Shown here: positions 18,588-29,242 of the stretch, piece after piece
Numbering within the stretch: the first letter of the stretch is position 1
How the letters are laid out: each line of letters opens with the position of its first letter
Notes under the pieces: generated by a model
What the model saw: only the letters and a program-made list of their open reading frames with translations
Database searches by the model: none
What the model was told of the DNA's origin: nothing
NCBI GenBank assembly: GCA_963700985.1
Contig: OY969554.1
Coordinates: forward strand, 1,728,001-1,792,000
Direction: 5' to 3'
Source: an uncultured Chlamydiales bacterium
GTDB lineage: Bacteria > Chlamydiota > Chlamydiia > Chlamydiales > Rhabdochlamydiaceae
DNA length: 64,000 nt
Position numbers and translations under genes: made by a program

Positions 18588-19630
18588 TTAATCGAATTAT
18601 AAAACTTTTCAAACAACCAAACGGTATCAACTGGACCTGGTGCCGCCTCTGGATGGAACTGCACAGAGAAAAAAGGCTGGCTCGCATGCTCAATGCCTTC
18701 AATCGTCTGATCGTTCAGATTACGGAAGGAGACTTTCCAGTTTTTGGGGAGGCTCTTCTCATCGATTGCGTAGCCATGATTCTGAGAGGTCAGATAACAG
18801 CGGTTGTCTGGCAGATGAATGCAAGGCTGATTTTGTCCGCGATGTCCATACGGAAGCTTGTATGTACGCGCTCCGATGGCAAGAGCCATCAACTGTGCAC
18901 CTAAGCAGATTCCAAAAATAGGTTTCTTGCGCAGCATCGCTTTTTTTAAGATGGCGATCGTCTCTTTGCAGACCATTGGGTCCCCAGGACCATTGGAAAT
19001 AAAAACGCCATCCCACTCTTCATTTGTGTAGTCATAATCGAAAGGCACGCGTTTGATCGTCCATGGGAACTGACCTAGACAGCGAATGATATTTTCTTTC
19101 ATGCCGCAGTCGACAGCGATGATCTTTTTCTTGCCCTGGCCATAGTTTTGCGGGGCTTTCACGCTCACGCGGCGGACAAGGTGCGTCGTATTCGGATCTT
19201 CAAATTTGCGCGGCAATTTTTTATCGGGAGTAATGGCCCCCAAAGTCACGCCATATTCACGCAGAAGCTTGGTTAAGGCTCGCGTGTCAACACCGGTTAG
19301 AATAGGAACTTTCTGGTCGCGCAGCCAATCGAGAAAAGAGGTTTTGGCCGCATACTGGTGGAAAGTAGCAGAAGGCTCACTGATGATTACCCCATGGGCA
19401 TGAATCTTGCTCGATTCCCATTTTGAGGAATCCGGAACGCCATAATTGCCAATTAAAGGAAAAGTAAAGGTGAGAATTTGGCCGGCATAGGAAGGATCGG
19501 TGAGCGACTCTACATAGCCCATCATGCCAGTGGTGAAGACAACCTCTCCAAAAAAAGGCTTGTCTTGCCAGGCAGGGGCTAGCCCTTCGAACACCTCTCC
19601 ATCTTGAAGTACAAGACGCGCTGCTATCAT
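18584..19630 (-). CDS. carA: Carbamoyl-phosphate synthase small subunit
   Basis: GEVVFTTGM, SNGPGDP, GICLG, SQNHGY and QFHPE motifs. Confidence 0.97.
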   Translation of the reverse strand: MIAARLVLQDGEVFEGLAPAWQDKPFFGEVVFTTGMMGYVESLTDPSYAGQILTFTFPLIGNYGVPDSSKWESSKIHAHGVIISEPSATFHQYAAKTSFLDWLRDQKVPILTGVDTRALTKLLREYGVTLGAITPDKKLPRKFEDPNTTHLVRRVSVKAPQNYGQGKKKIIAVDCGMKENIIRCLGQFPWTIKRVPFDYDYTNEEWDGVFISNGPGDPMVCKETIAILKKAMLRKKPIFGICLGAQLMALAIGARTYKLPYGHRGQNQPCIHLPDNRCYLTSQNHGYAIDEKSLPKNWKVSFRNLNDQTIEGIEHASQPFFSVQFHPEAAPGPVDTVWLFEKFYNSIK

Positions 19631-19727
19631 TTTTTTCTGCTTAATTCTTCGAGATCGTAGCAGAATTGTCGTAATAGGGAAAATGCTTTTTTAAGTCTTT
19701 AAGACAGCTTCTTAGACTTGGACTATC

Positions 19728-20288
19728 CTATAAGACCTGCTCGTAGATATAGAAAGTGGGTTTCATATTGCCTGGATTGTCTTTGCGATATTGCTGAGAA
19801 AATTGCGTAACAATACGTGCAACAACAGCAGATATAGAGGAGTCTTTGCTTGGTGTTGATAGATTTTTTTTATTAAACGAGACTTTACCATTTTCAAGCT
19901 CTGGAGAAATTAAACTCTCTCTTTGGTCTTTTACTTCCCAAATTTGAGAAATGATTTTGCACTGATTCGGCTGAACAGCGACCTCTCCAAATACGCGGAT
20001 GGAGCCTTCTGCTATTTCTTGAGTTCCATTGATCGATATCAATAATGCAGGAGAAGTATCAATAGAAGGAATGGGGGTATCGTTTGTATTCACAATTTGT
20101 ACGTTGCCAAAGTCCTTTAGAGATTCGACAACATGATTGAGAAAGACCTCTCGGTTGGATTCAGCGTAGAGGGCAACTTGAAACACTTTCAATTGATTAA
20201 GGGGCCCTATTTGCTTATTTTGATTTGAGCCGCATCCCCATAAACAGACCAAACATAAAAAAATGATGACTCGATTCATTAGTATCAT
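19728..20288 (-). CDS. Hypothetical lipoprotein
   Basis: Hydrophobic N-terminus with lipobox-like LWGC; 186-aa ORF. Confidence 0.6.
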   Translation of the reverse strand: MILMNRVIIFLCLVCLWGCGSNQNKQIGPLNQLKVFQVALYAESNREVFLNHVVESLKDFGNVQIVNTNDTPIPSIDTSPALLISINGTQEIAEGSIRVFGEVAVQPNQCKIISQIWEVKDQRESLISPELENGKVSFNKKNLSTPSKDSSISAVVARIVTQFSQQYRKDNPGNMKPTFYIYEQVL

Positions 20289-20434
20289 GAGTAACCGCAG
20301 CAGCTAATATTTTATTCAGTATTTTTAACACAATTAGATTTGCTTGAGAAGCCTTGATGAAAAGAAATTTAGAAGTTCCTTAAGAAAAAAACAGGACCCT
20401 GCTTATCCTATTATTTTTTTTGGCTTTTCTAGCG

Positions 20435-21841
20435 TTAAGGTTTGACCTTATGGCCTGACATGTTGCTTAGGCCGTCATAGGCTGCATACTTATAAAGGTC
20501 ATGCAGGGTGGGGAAATTGAAGACGTGACCGATCACATCATAGAGAGTACTTTTGGTTTCTACCAGGCTCATTCCATAGTGGACCATTTCTGTGGCAATG
20601 TAGCCGATGATGTGGACTCCACGAATTACTAGGTCATCGCGGGTAAAGACAAGTTTGAGAAATCCGCTTTTGGCTCCCATGATCTTGCCTCTAGCCATGT
20701 CGGCATAACGGGCTTTGCCTGTGCCGAATGAAATTTTTTGCGCTTCGGCCTCCTCTTGTGTCATCCCGACCATAGATACTTCGGGAATCGTGTAGATTCC
20801 ATAGGGAAAGAATGAAGGTAGATGTTGTAAATCTTCGGTTTGGAAGATGTGCGCTACGGCTACGCGGCCTTGATCCATGCTGGTACTAGCCAGGGCGGGG
20901 AAGCCGATCACGTCGCCGACTGCATAGATGTGGGGAATATTGGTGCGATACGCCTCATCGACAAGAATAGTTTCGCGTTTTCCTTGTTTTAGTCCAATTT
21001 TCTCACAGTTTAGTGCTTTTGTGTTCCCGCTTCTACCGGCGGCGAAAAGAAACATGTCCACATGTAAAAGTTCGCCCGACTTGAGTTTGATTTCTATCAG
21101 TTCTTCATCAGAAGTGGGCACTTTGATGGATTCGATGGAAGTATTAAATAAGATTTCTACCTCGTTTTCTTGCATCTGTTTTACCAGATCGTTGGCCACC
21201 TCTTGGTCGATAAAAGGCAGAATCTGCTCTTTATCGTTAACCAGGTATACATGCGCACCTATCGTAGAGAAGATAGTCGCATATTCACAGCCGATCACGC
21301 CTGCACCAAGAACGCATAGAGAACGAGGAAAGCGTTTGAGTTGTAAAATCGTGTCAGAATCATGCACGCGCAGGCCATCGAATGGAATCGTTTCGGGATG
21401 GAAGGGGTAGGAGCCCGTGGCAATAATGATATTTTCTCCCCAGAGACGCTCGATGTTTTGCGCTGCTACCAATACAGTATGGGCATCTTCAAAAGAAGCC
21501 AGCCCGTGATAGATGTGTACGCCATGCCTCAGTAGATTTTCGTAAATTTCTTGGTTGGCCGATTCGGTAACTTGATTTTTACGAAACATAAAGTCTTCAA
21601 TTGAAGCCTCATGCGTTAAATCGCGCTCGACGCCATAAAGACCTTTTTCATATTTTCCTGAGAAATATAAAGCGGTCTCTTTCAACGTTTTGGAGGGCAA
21701 TGTTCCAGTGACAACTTCCGCTCCGCCAAAGAGTGTTTCTTTTTCGACAATGGCCACTTTATATCCAAAGTAAGCCGCTTTGACCGCTGCTTTTTCACCA
21801 GCAGGGCCTGTACCAATCACGATTAGATCATATTTTTTCAT
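20435..21841 (-). CDS. sthA: Soluble Si-specific NAD(P)+ transhydrogenase
   Basis: GTGPAGEKAA, GTLPSKTLKE, GAGVIGCEYA and FNFPTL motifs; no redox CxxxxC pair. Confidence 0.88.
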   Translation of the reverse strand: MKKYDLIVIGTGPAGEKAAVKAAYFGYKVAIVEKETLFGGAEVVTGTLPSKTLKETALYFSGKYEKGLYGVERDLTHEASIEDFMFRKNQVTESANQEIYENLLRHGVHIYHGLASFEDAHTVLVAAQNIERLWGENIIIATGSYPFHPETIPFDGLRVHDSDTILQLKRFPRSLCVLGAGVIGCEYATIFSTIGAHVYLVNDKEQILPFIDQEVANDLVKQMQENEVEILFNTSIESIKVPTSDEELIEIKLKSGELLHVDMFLFAAGRSGNTKALNCEKIGLKQGKRETILVDEAYRTNIPHIYAVGDVIGFPALASTSMDQGRVAVAHIFQTEDLQHLPSFFPYGIYTIPEVSMVGMTQEEAEAQKISFGTGKARYADMARGKIMGAKSGFLKLVFTRDDLVIRGVHIIGYIATEMVHYGMSLVETKSTLYDVIGHVFNFPTLHDLYKYAAYDGLSNMSGHKVKP

Positions 21842-21929
21842 TACCCCCAGTCATAGTGAAAGTGTGGATTTTAGTAGTAGAAAAATCTTTAATTCTCACA
21901 ATGGAGAAAAATAGCCCAACGGAGAAACT

Positions 21930-24515
21930 GTGGATCTTCAGCTCGATTATCAAGCCGACATGCTTGTCAGTAAGATTAAACACTACCTTATCACCACCAT
22001 GGGAGTGACGATCGACGAGGCGAGCAATGAAGAGTTCTATCGAGCATTTGCGCTCACTTTTCGTGAAGAGATCATGATGAACTGGACGGCCACCACGCAT
22101 ACTTTTCGAAAAAAGCAAACGCGTATGCTGTTTTATCTCTGCATGGAGTATATGCCCGGTCGGATGATGGGCAATAACATTACCAATATTCACGCTACCG
22201 ATCTCGTGAAGCTGGTGATGAAAAAGGTGAACCGCAAATTGAACGATGAGTTGCGACTTGAGCCCGATCCGGGATTAGGAAACGGAGGATTGGGTAGACT
22301 TGCTTCATGCCTGCTTGACTCGCTGGCAAGTTTGCAATATCCCGCCATGGCCTATGGCCTACGCTACCAATATGGAATTTTCGATCAAGAAATTTGGGAT
22401 GGCGTTCAGGTAGAGCGTCCCGACACTTGGCTACTTCATGAAAATCCCTGGGAATTTAGACGAGATGATCATTCCGTCTCCGTGAATTATGGAGGACAAA
22501 TGCTCTCTTCTCTCAATAAAAAGGGTGTGGAGGTGTTCAACCTGAGCGATTATGACGAGGTTCGTGCGCTCTCTTACGACATGCCTATTATCGGGAACAA
22601 AGAGACGTCCGATTTCATGGTGCTCACTTTAAGGCTATGGACCACTAAAGAGTCGCCGCGCAACTTTCTTTTGCAGCGCTTCAACGCTGGTCAGCTCGAT
22701 CAGGCTTCTGAAAATTCTATGTTAACCGACGTACTCTACCCCAATGATAATAATGAAGTCGGTAAACGTATCCGGCTGAAACAGGAGTTTCTGCTCGCTT
22801 CAGCCTCCATTCACGATATCATCCGGCATCACCTCAAGTACTTTCCAGATTTATCAGAATTTGGAGACAAAGTGCGCATTCAGATTAACGATACGCATCC
22901 TGCCCTGGTAATTGCTGAACTCATGCGCCTTCTCACCAAAGAGCATGACTTTGGCTGGGGCGAGGCTTGGGAAGTTGTTAAAGCGTGCTGTAGCTATACG
23001 AACCATACTGTTCTACGCGAATCTTTGGAGGAGTGGAACCAGGGACGGCTCAACTACCTCTTGCCGCGCCAATATCAGATCATCGAAAGGCTCAATTTAG
23101 AATGCTGTAATGATGTTCGAAAAAAATATCCAGGCGACGAAGAGCGCGTGCGGCGCATGTCGGTGATTGAAGCAGGACAGGTGCGCATGGCGAATCTGGC
23201 CATCTTTGGATCGCATCGCGTGAACGGAGTTGCAGCCTTGCATACTGAGATCTTGAAACATGTCATCTTTAAAGATTTTTTCGAGATGTATCCAGATAGA
23301 TTTGTGAACGTAACCAACGGTGTAACTCATAGACGTTGGCTCGTACATGCCAATCCAGATCTGGCTGAATTTATCTCCAAGCGCATTGGGAAAGGGTGGA
23401 TTATAGACTTCTTGCAGATTCGTGAACTGGCAAAGTTTGCCAGTGATCCAGCGAGCCAAAAAGAGTTCTTAGAGATCAAGCGGCTGAATAAAAAAGCTCT
23501 AAATCAGTTCCTTTTAGAAGGAAATCCTATTCGCGATTTTCGTGGAAAACCAACGGGTTTCTTTTCGGTGCTCGGTGAAGATGCGCTTTTCGATGTGCAG
23601 ATCAAACGCTTTCATGAATATAAACGGCAGCTCATGAATATGCTGCATGTGCTCATGGTTTATCACGAGTTAAAAGCTAATCCCTCAGCACGAAAAGTCA
23701 AGAGAATGGTTATATTTGGAGGAAAAGCTGCGCCTGGATATGTCATCGCAAAAAATATCATTCACTTGATCTATTGCGCCGCGCGCAAAATCAATGCCGA
23801 TACCACGACTAATTCGATGCTCAAGATGGCGTTTGTAGAGGACTATAATGTTTCGCATGCCGAAATTATTATTCCTGCAGCAGATCTTTCCGAACAGATC
23901 TCAACGGCGGGGATGGAAGCGTCAGGCACAGGCAACATGAAACTCGCTATGAATGGGGCTTTAACTATTGGTACCGAAGATGGCGCGAACATTGAGATGC
24001 ACACAGAAGTCACAGATAAGTGGTGGCCGTTTTCATTCGGAAACAGCGCTCAGCAAAATGCGGAGATGCGCGATAAGAAAAGTTACAATGCATGGGATGT
24101 CTACATGCACAATGCAGCTATTCGCCAAGCATTAGATGCCCTTCGCGATCGCTCGCTTGTTGAAAATGAATCTGAGCATGAGGCACTTTCATCGATCTAT
24201 CACTCTCTCTTAGACCATCAAAATTCCGATCCAGCCGATCGCTATTTTGTGCTTGCGGATCTTCAACCTTATTATGACACGCAGAAAAAGGTGGAAGAGC
24301 TCTATGCGCAACCGGAAAAATGGGCGGAATATGCCATCCATAATATCGCATCCATGGGCAAATTCTCCAGCGATGAGACCGTCGGTAATTATTCAAAATT
24401 GGTTTGGAACCTAGAGAAATGTCCGATTGATGCTCAAGAGCTCGCGAAGGTGCGTGCGGATTATAGCGAGCATGATAAGTGTCGTATCTTCAATCCTATG
24501 CCGATTGCAAAATAA
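21930..24515 (+). CDS. glgP: Glycogen/alpha-glucan phosphorylase
   Basis: GLGNGGLGRLA; PLP motif EASGTGNMKL. Confidence 0.97.
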   Translation: MDLQLDYQADMLVSKIKHYLITTMGVTIDEASNEEFYRAFALTFREEIMMNWTATTHTFRKKQTRMLFYLCMEYMPGRMMGNNITNIHATDLVKLVMKKVNRKLNDELRLEPDPGLGNGGLGRLASCLLDSLASLQYPAMAYGLRYQYGIFDQEIWDGVQVERPDTWLLHENPWEFRRDDHSVSVNYGGQMLSSLNKKGVEVFNLSDYDEVRALSYDMPIIGNKETSDFMVLTLRLWTTKESPRNFLLQRFNAGQLDQASENSMLTDVLYPNDNNEVGKRIRLKQEFLLASASIHDIIRHHLKYFPDLSEFGDKVRIQINDTHPALVIAELMRLLTKEHDFGWGEAWEVVKACCSYTNHTVLRESLEEWNQGRLNYLLPRQYQIIERLNLECCNDVRKKYPGDEERVRRMSVIEAGQVRMANLAIFGSHRVNGVAALHTEILKHVIFKDFFEMYPDRFVNVTNGVTHRRWLVHANPDLAEFISKRIGKGWIIDFLQIRELAKFASDPASQKEFLEIKRLNKKALNQFLLEGNPIRDFRGKPTGFFSVLGEDALFDVQIKRFHEYKRQLMNMLHVLMVYHELKANPSARKVKRMVIFGGKAAPGYVIAKNIIHLIYCAARKINADTTTNSMLKMAFVEDYNVSHAEIIIPAADLSEQISTAGMEASGTGNMKLAMNGALTIGTEDGANIEMHTEVTDKWWPFSFGNSAQQNAEMRDKKSYNAWDVYMHNAAIRQALDALRDRSLVENESEHEALSSIYHSLLDHQNSDPADRYFVLADLQPYYDTQKKVEELYAQPEKWAEYAIHNIASMGKFSSDETVGNYSKLVWNLEKCPIDAQELAKVRADYSEHDKCRIFNPMPIAK

Positions 24516-24533
24516 GCCGTTGCTAAGCAGCGG

Positions 24534-25298
24534 TTATTTGTCTTGAATAACCGGGAGGGCCCACTTGCGTGAGAGCTCAGCGTATTTTCCGTTTTTCTTA
24601 AGTTTGTCAATCGCCGTATTAAACGCTTCGATTAACTGCGGGGCATGATCATGCAAAGTGATCATACGCAAGCCTTGATCGGTAAGAGGTGCTCCAACAA
24701 CCTTGAGCTGGCGCTGGTAGAGATCTTGACAGTATGCATAAGCTGGCAAGTTATCGACAACGGCACCATCGACATGGCCGGCGATCATCGCATTAAAGGC
24801 GTCGGGGATAGACTCATAATTACGGATGATAATTCCAGGGACTTTTTCAACTAGCAGTGCATCAGATGAGCCTGTAATGACCGCGACTTCTTTTCCAGAG
24901 AGCTTTTCGAGATTAGTAGCTGGCGAATCAACGCGAACTACCAGCACGGGTCCGGTTAATAGAAAAGGATGTGAAAAATCATACTGCTTTTCGTAGAAAA
25001 CATAGGGTTGCATAGAAGAGAGGATCGCATCATATTTCTCTTTTTGTAGATTCGGGATTAGATTATCCCAGTTATCTTGCACCCGTATAACTTTTATCTT
25101 TTGCATGGCGCCCATCTCTTGCAAAAGCTCGGTGGTAAACCCTAAGACCTGCTTGTCTCTTCCCATCAAATTCATTGGGTACCAGCTAGGATCGAGCGCA
25201 ATACTCCATTCTTTTCCTGGCATGCCGCTTCCGCTACATGCGTAGAAGAGCATGAGTGAAAAAAGAAAGAGCAAGAAGGAAAAGCGTGTTCGTCGCAT
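24534..25298 (-). CDS. Amino-acid ABC transporter substrate-binding lipoprotein (FliY-like)
   Basis: Lipobox FYAC; SBP family-3 pattern (YDFSHPFL, KNGKYAELSRKW). Confidence 0.85.
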   Translation of the reverse strand: MRRTRFSFLLFLFSLMLFYACSGSGMPGKEWSIALDPSWYPMNLMGRDKQVLGFTTELLQEMGAMQKIKVIRVQDNWDNLIPNLQKEKYDAILSSMQPYVFYEKQYDFSHPFLLTGPVLVVRVDSPATNLEKLSGKEVAVITGSSDALLVEKVPGIIIRNYESIPDAFNAMIAGHVDGAVVDNLPAYAYCQDLYQRQLKVVGAPLTDQGLRMITLHDHAPQLIEAFNTAIDKLKKNGKYAELSRKWALPVIQDK

Positions 25299-25334
25299 AA
25301 TTATAATCTAACAGAATGGGAGTGAAATAGTCAC

Positions 25335-26306
25335 GTGCAACGAAATCTCTTAATTGTAAACTTCGGTGGACCGCGCTCATTAGATGAAGTTGAGCAGTTT
25401 TTAATTGCTCTTCTCACTGATGAAGATGTCATTCGAACCAAGCTACCATCTTTTTTGCAACGTCAGCTGTTTAAACGCGTGGCTAAAAAACGCTCCGTGA
25501 AGATCAGAGAAGACTATCATCACATTGGCGGAAAATCTCCCATCTATGAAGATACGGAAGCGGTAGCCAAAGAAGCTAGTCGATTAACTGCAAGTTCGCT
25601 GGTTACATTTCATCGTTACCTTCCTGAAACGCACAAAAATTTTCTAAAAGAGATCGAAAAGTTTTCGCAAGATGAAATTACCGTTTTTCCTCTTTTCCCT
25701 CAATTTAGCTATGCTACCACGGGAAGTATCGCGCGTTTTTTTGAGCGCAACATGCACGCACACGTCGCTCGGCGATTGCGTTGGATAAAATCTTATGCGG
25801 CTCACCCAGCTTTTGTAAACGCGATGCAGAATTGCATTCGAGATTTTTTAAGAGAGAAAGAAATTCCTGAAGAGGATGCGATTCTGTTCTTTTCCGCACA
25901 CGGGCTGCCACAAGATTATGTCGATGCCGGAGATATTTATGAGAGCGAGTGTCGTCTCTCATTTCATGCTATCGCACAAGGCTTCCCAAAGGCGCTTTGC
26001 AAATTGGCCTACCAATCAAAGTTTGGCCGCGGCGAATGGCTGCGCCCTTATACAGATGAGACCTGTCAATCCATCCTTACGTGGCATGAAGGTCGAAAAC
26101 ATGTCGTGCTCGTGCCCATATCTTTCACATCAGATCACATTGAGACGCTTTTTGAGATGGAAGAGCTCTATCTGCCTATCATCCGTGAAAATGGACTCTT
26201 AGCTTACCGCTGCCCTGCGCTTAATCGTCGCACGGACTGGCTCGACGCCGTCGCGCAGATCTTGCAGGAGACGAACTTCTGCACCAATCAGATGCTCATC
26301 CGCTAA
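25335..26306 (+). CDS. hemH: Ferrochelatase
   Basis: NFGGP, GGKSP, FSAHGLP, YQSKFG and SDHIETL motifs. Confidence 0.95.
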   Translation: MQRNLLIVNFGGPRSLDEVEQFLIALLTDEDVIRTKLPSFLQRQLFKRVAKKRSVKIREDYHHIGGKSPIYEDTEAVAKEASRLTASSLVTFHRYLPETHKNFLKEIEKFSQDEITVFPLFPQFSYATTGSIARFFERNMHAHVARRLRWIKSYAAHPAFVNAMQNCIRDFLREKEIPEEDAILFFSAHGLPQDYVDAGDIYESECRLSFHAIAQGFPKALCKLAYQSKFGRGEWLRPYTDETCQSILTWHEGRKHVVLVPISFTSDHIETLFEMEELYLPIIRENGLLAYRCPALNRRTDWLDAVAQILQETNFCTNQMLIR

Positions 26307-26321
26307 AATTCTTCTCTCAGT

Positions 26322-27044
26322 TTATCCAAGTAAAAATACGTGGATCATCAGATCAGTCACAAAATGGGCGAGCATCGCTGCCCACAACCCTCTAGACCAG
26401 TAAAGATAGCCAAAAACAAGGCCGGGAATACCGTTGAGAATCAGCACGCGAGAAATCTCAAAAGAGTTGGGAGTTGCGAGCTTAAAAAGCGCGGGCAAGT
26501 GTCCAAGCCCGAAGATTAGAGCGACAATTATGTTCGTGATCCAGAGAAAATATAAGCGGCTGCCAGAGGCGAATTTGCAGATTTTTCTGAAGAGGAAATA
26601 GATTAAAGTGAACAAGAATAGTCTTAGCAAGACCTCTTCATTAATTCCCCCATAAAGAGAAGCTAAAGCGCCCGCCCAGAAAGGGGGGTGCATAGGCGAA
26701 ACAAGGGAATTTTGAAAAACTGTTCGATCGAGAATGTAGATGATCAAACCCGCCAGCACACCTGCTAGCACGCCAGGATAGATGATCTGCTTTTGGACAT
26801 TTTTGATGACAAAAGGGTGAAGGTCAGTTTTTGGCACAAGCTTATAACTCAGCCAGCAGACAAGTCCAAAAACCAGAACGGCTTGAACTGTTCCTAAAAG
26901 GATAACTTTAAATACAGAGACTGTAGGAGGAAGAATCTGTAAGTGTTGAACATAGGGAAGCACAGACCAGTAGCCGATTAGGCAAAGAACCCAGAGAAAT
27001 AAAAATAGCTTTTTGCGCTCTGTTTTACTCTGATTATCTTGCAT
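26322..27044 (-). CDS. CPBP (CAAX/Abi) family intramembrane metalloprotease
   Basis: EEVLLR, FGLGH and AMLAH motifs in a multi-TM protein. Confidence 0.88.
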   Translation of the reverse strand: MQDNQSKTERKKLFLFLWVLCLIGYWSVLPYVQHLQILPPTVSVFKVILLGTVQAVLVFGLVCWLSYKLVPKTDLHPFVIKNVQKQIIYPGVLAGVLAGLIIYILDRTVFQNSLVSPMHPPFWAGALASLYGGINEEVLLRLFLFTLIYFLFRKICKFASGSRLYFLWITNIIVALIFGLGHLPALFKLATPNSFEISRVLILNGIPGLVFGYLYWSRGLWAAMLAHFVTDLMIHVFLLG

Positions 27045-27095
27045 AAGTCCTACCTCTTAAAGGATTAAAGAACTTCTAAATTGCCACAAACAAAG

Positions 27096-27746
27096 TTATT
27101 TCTCCAACCCTACCGCTTCAAGTTTGTCGATATCTAAATGGCAGATAAGACTAAGGTGCCGATTGATTTTATCGATATCCCAATCCCACCAGGCAATTTG
27201 AAGAAGACGCGCGATGGTCGCATCATCGAAACGCATTTTAACAATCTTCGCAGGATTTCCGGCCACGATCGCATAGGGAGGCACATCTTTAGCCACCAGT
27301 GCACCTGCGGCGATAATTGCACCGTGTCCAATCTTAACACCATTCATGATCATACAGTTGTAGCCAAACCAAACATCATTTCCAACCACGATATCTCCTT
27401 TTACTGGCAGATCATGCACGTCGAAAACGCTTTCCCAGCCTTGCTGAAATATCGGAAAGGGATAGGTGCTAATCGCATCGAGTTTGTGATCGCCAGTCAT
27501 GATAAAACGCGTTTCGGCGGCGATGGCGCAAAACTTACCGATAACCAGCTTAACTTTTGTAAATTCATAGTTATAGAGCACGTTATACTCTTCGAATTTT
27601 TCGACGCCTTTTACATGGTCGGCGAAATAGGTGTAATCACCGACAAAGATATTAGGCGATTTTACGAAGTTCTTTAAAAAAACAAGCTTATCGTAATCTT
27701 TCATGGGGTAGATAGCTTCTGGATCTGGGCCAATTCTATTTTGCAT
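27096..27746 (-). CDS. CatB/Vat-related hexapeptide-repeat O-acetyltransferase
   Basis: GPDP..IYP, VGDYTY, IGKFCAIA, STYPF, VGNDVW and AWWDW motifs. Confidence 0.9.
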   Translation of the reverse strand: MQNRIGPDPEAIYPMKDYDKLVFLKNFVKSPNIFVGDYTYFADHVKGVEKFEEYNVLYNYEFTKVKLVIGKFCAIAAETRFIMTGDHKLDAISTYPFPIFQQGWESVFDVHDLPVKGDIVVGNDVWFGYNCMIMNGVKIGHGAIIAAGALVAKDVPPYAIVAGNPAKIVKMRFDDATIARLLQIAWWDWDIDKINRHLSLICHLDIDKLEAVGLEK

Positions 27747-27802
27747 ATTGGTATTCCGGGTGTTTCAGTTGTTTTTTTTGAGTGTCGAAACAAAAAAACT
27801 TC

Positions 27803-29227
27803 TTAGAGAAAGATAGCTTTGAGGATGAAGTAGCAGAGGATACACATGATGGCGCTGGCGGGGATGGTCACGATCCAAGAGAGGATGATTTCGCGCACAG
27901 TGCTTAAGTTGAGTGCGCGGAAACCGCGCGCCATGCCGACGCCGAGCACAGCACCGACGAGACAGTGAGTAGTTGAGATAGGAAGGCCTAGCTTCGAAGC
28001 GATCAGAATAGTGGTAGCGGCGCCAAATTCAGCGCAGAAGCCGCGCGTTGGAGTAAGCTCGGTAATTTTTTTGCCGATGGTTTCCATCACGCGCCAGCCA
28101 AAAGTAGCAAGACCAATCACAATTCCAACACCGCCCAGGGCCAATAGCCAGGTTGGCACCGGAGAGACGTCGGTGATAACTCCATGCTTAATCGTATCTA
28201 ATACTGCTGCCACGGGGCCGATGGCGTTAGCCACATCGTTGGCACCGTGGGCAAAAGCTACAAAGCAAGCGCTTAGAATCTGCAAATAGCCGAACAGCCT
28301 CTCCACCACATGATATTCAGAAGATTTCTCGGCAAAACAAGTGTCTTTGCGTATTTGTTGTGAAAGGGATTTAACTTCGCTGAGCAAAAGCCCAACTTTA
28401 TCGTGTGTATCATTGGAAGAGGAGACATGCACGCGCTGCAAGTGTTTCACGGCTTTTTCCAAGCTGATTACATGCTGAGGCAGGTGTCTTGAAACGCCCG
28501 TATCTGCCATGAGCGGGAGCGCGAGCCGTTTAAGCAGGAAGTAACAGATCGTGCTTGCAAGTAGACCCACGAGCAGAGCCACTCCAATTGCCTGAGGCAT
28601 CGAGAAGGCTAAATTAAGGTTTTGAAGTCCATTGAACAGCAAGCTTAATGTAAAAACGCCAAAGACGATAAAAATAAGCGCGGGCATCAGCCTAAGCGTG
28701 GCTTGAGTAGGATTCATCGCAAAGAGAATCTTTCTCTGTAAAACATAGAAGATTAGATAGGACAAAAGTCCACTCAAAATGGGTGAGATGACCCAGCTGG
28801 CTGCGATCGATGCAACCATCCCTCCTTGAATTGCATCTACACCACCGATAAGCGCGCCGAAACCTAAAATGGCTCCAACGATCGCATGTGTGGTGGAGAC
28901 CGGCCAGCCGAATATCGAAGCGATCTGCAGCCAGATACTCGTTCCAAGAAGAGCAGCGCACATGCCGAGAATTAAAACGAGAGGTTGCGAAAGAAAGAGA
29001 TCGGTGTCGATCAGACCTCTTTGCATCGTCTCCGTAACCGGAGCGCCAACAAAGAACGCACCGCAAAATTCGAGGATACCGGCTAAAATAACGGCACGCC
29101 GAAAGGTGAGAGCTCCAGACCCCACCGATGTTCCCATTGCATTGGAGACATCGTTGGCTCCGATATTCCACGCCATATAAAATCCGATGGCGAGAACAAG
29201 AATTCTAAGGATTGATTCGGCTTCCAT
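27803..29227 (-). CDS. Inorganic phosphate transporter, PiT family
   Basis: Two GANDVxN signatures; PVSTTH and PISTTH motifs. Confidence 0.95.
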   Translation of the reverse strand: MEAESILRILVLAIGFYMAWNIGANDVSNAMGTSVGSGALTFRRAVILAGILEFCGAFFVGAPVTETMQRGLIDTDLFLSQPLVLILGMCAALLGTSIWLQIASIFGWPVSTTHAIVGAILGFGALIGGVDAIQGGMVASIAASWVISPILSGLLSYLIFYVLQRKILFAMNPTQATLRLMPALIFIVFGVFTLSLLFNGLQNLNLAFSMPQAIGVALLVGLLASTICYFLLKRLALPLMADTGVSRHLPQHVISLEKAVKHLQRVHVSSSNDTHDKVGLLLSEVKSLSQQIRKDTCFAEKSSEYHVVERLFGYLQILSACFVAFAHGANDVANAIGPVAAVLDTIKHGVITDVSPVPTWLLALGGVGIVIGLATFGWRVMETIGKKITELTPTRGFCAEFGAATTILIASKLGLPISTTHCLVGAVLGVGMARGFRALNLSTVREIILSWIVTIPASAIMCILCYFILKAIFL

Positions 29228-29242
29228 TCCTCTACTTTAACT

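Noticed and set aside
19631-19727. PyrR-type attenuator upstream of carA
   Set aside because: The gap is short and AT-rich, with no convincing terminator/antiterminator or PyrR-binding loop.
20435-21841. Dihydrolipoamide dehydrogenase call
   Set aside because: Lacks the redox-active CxxxxC; the motifs fit soluble transhydrogenase.
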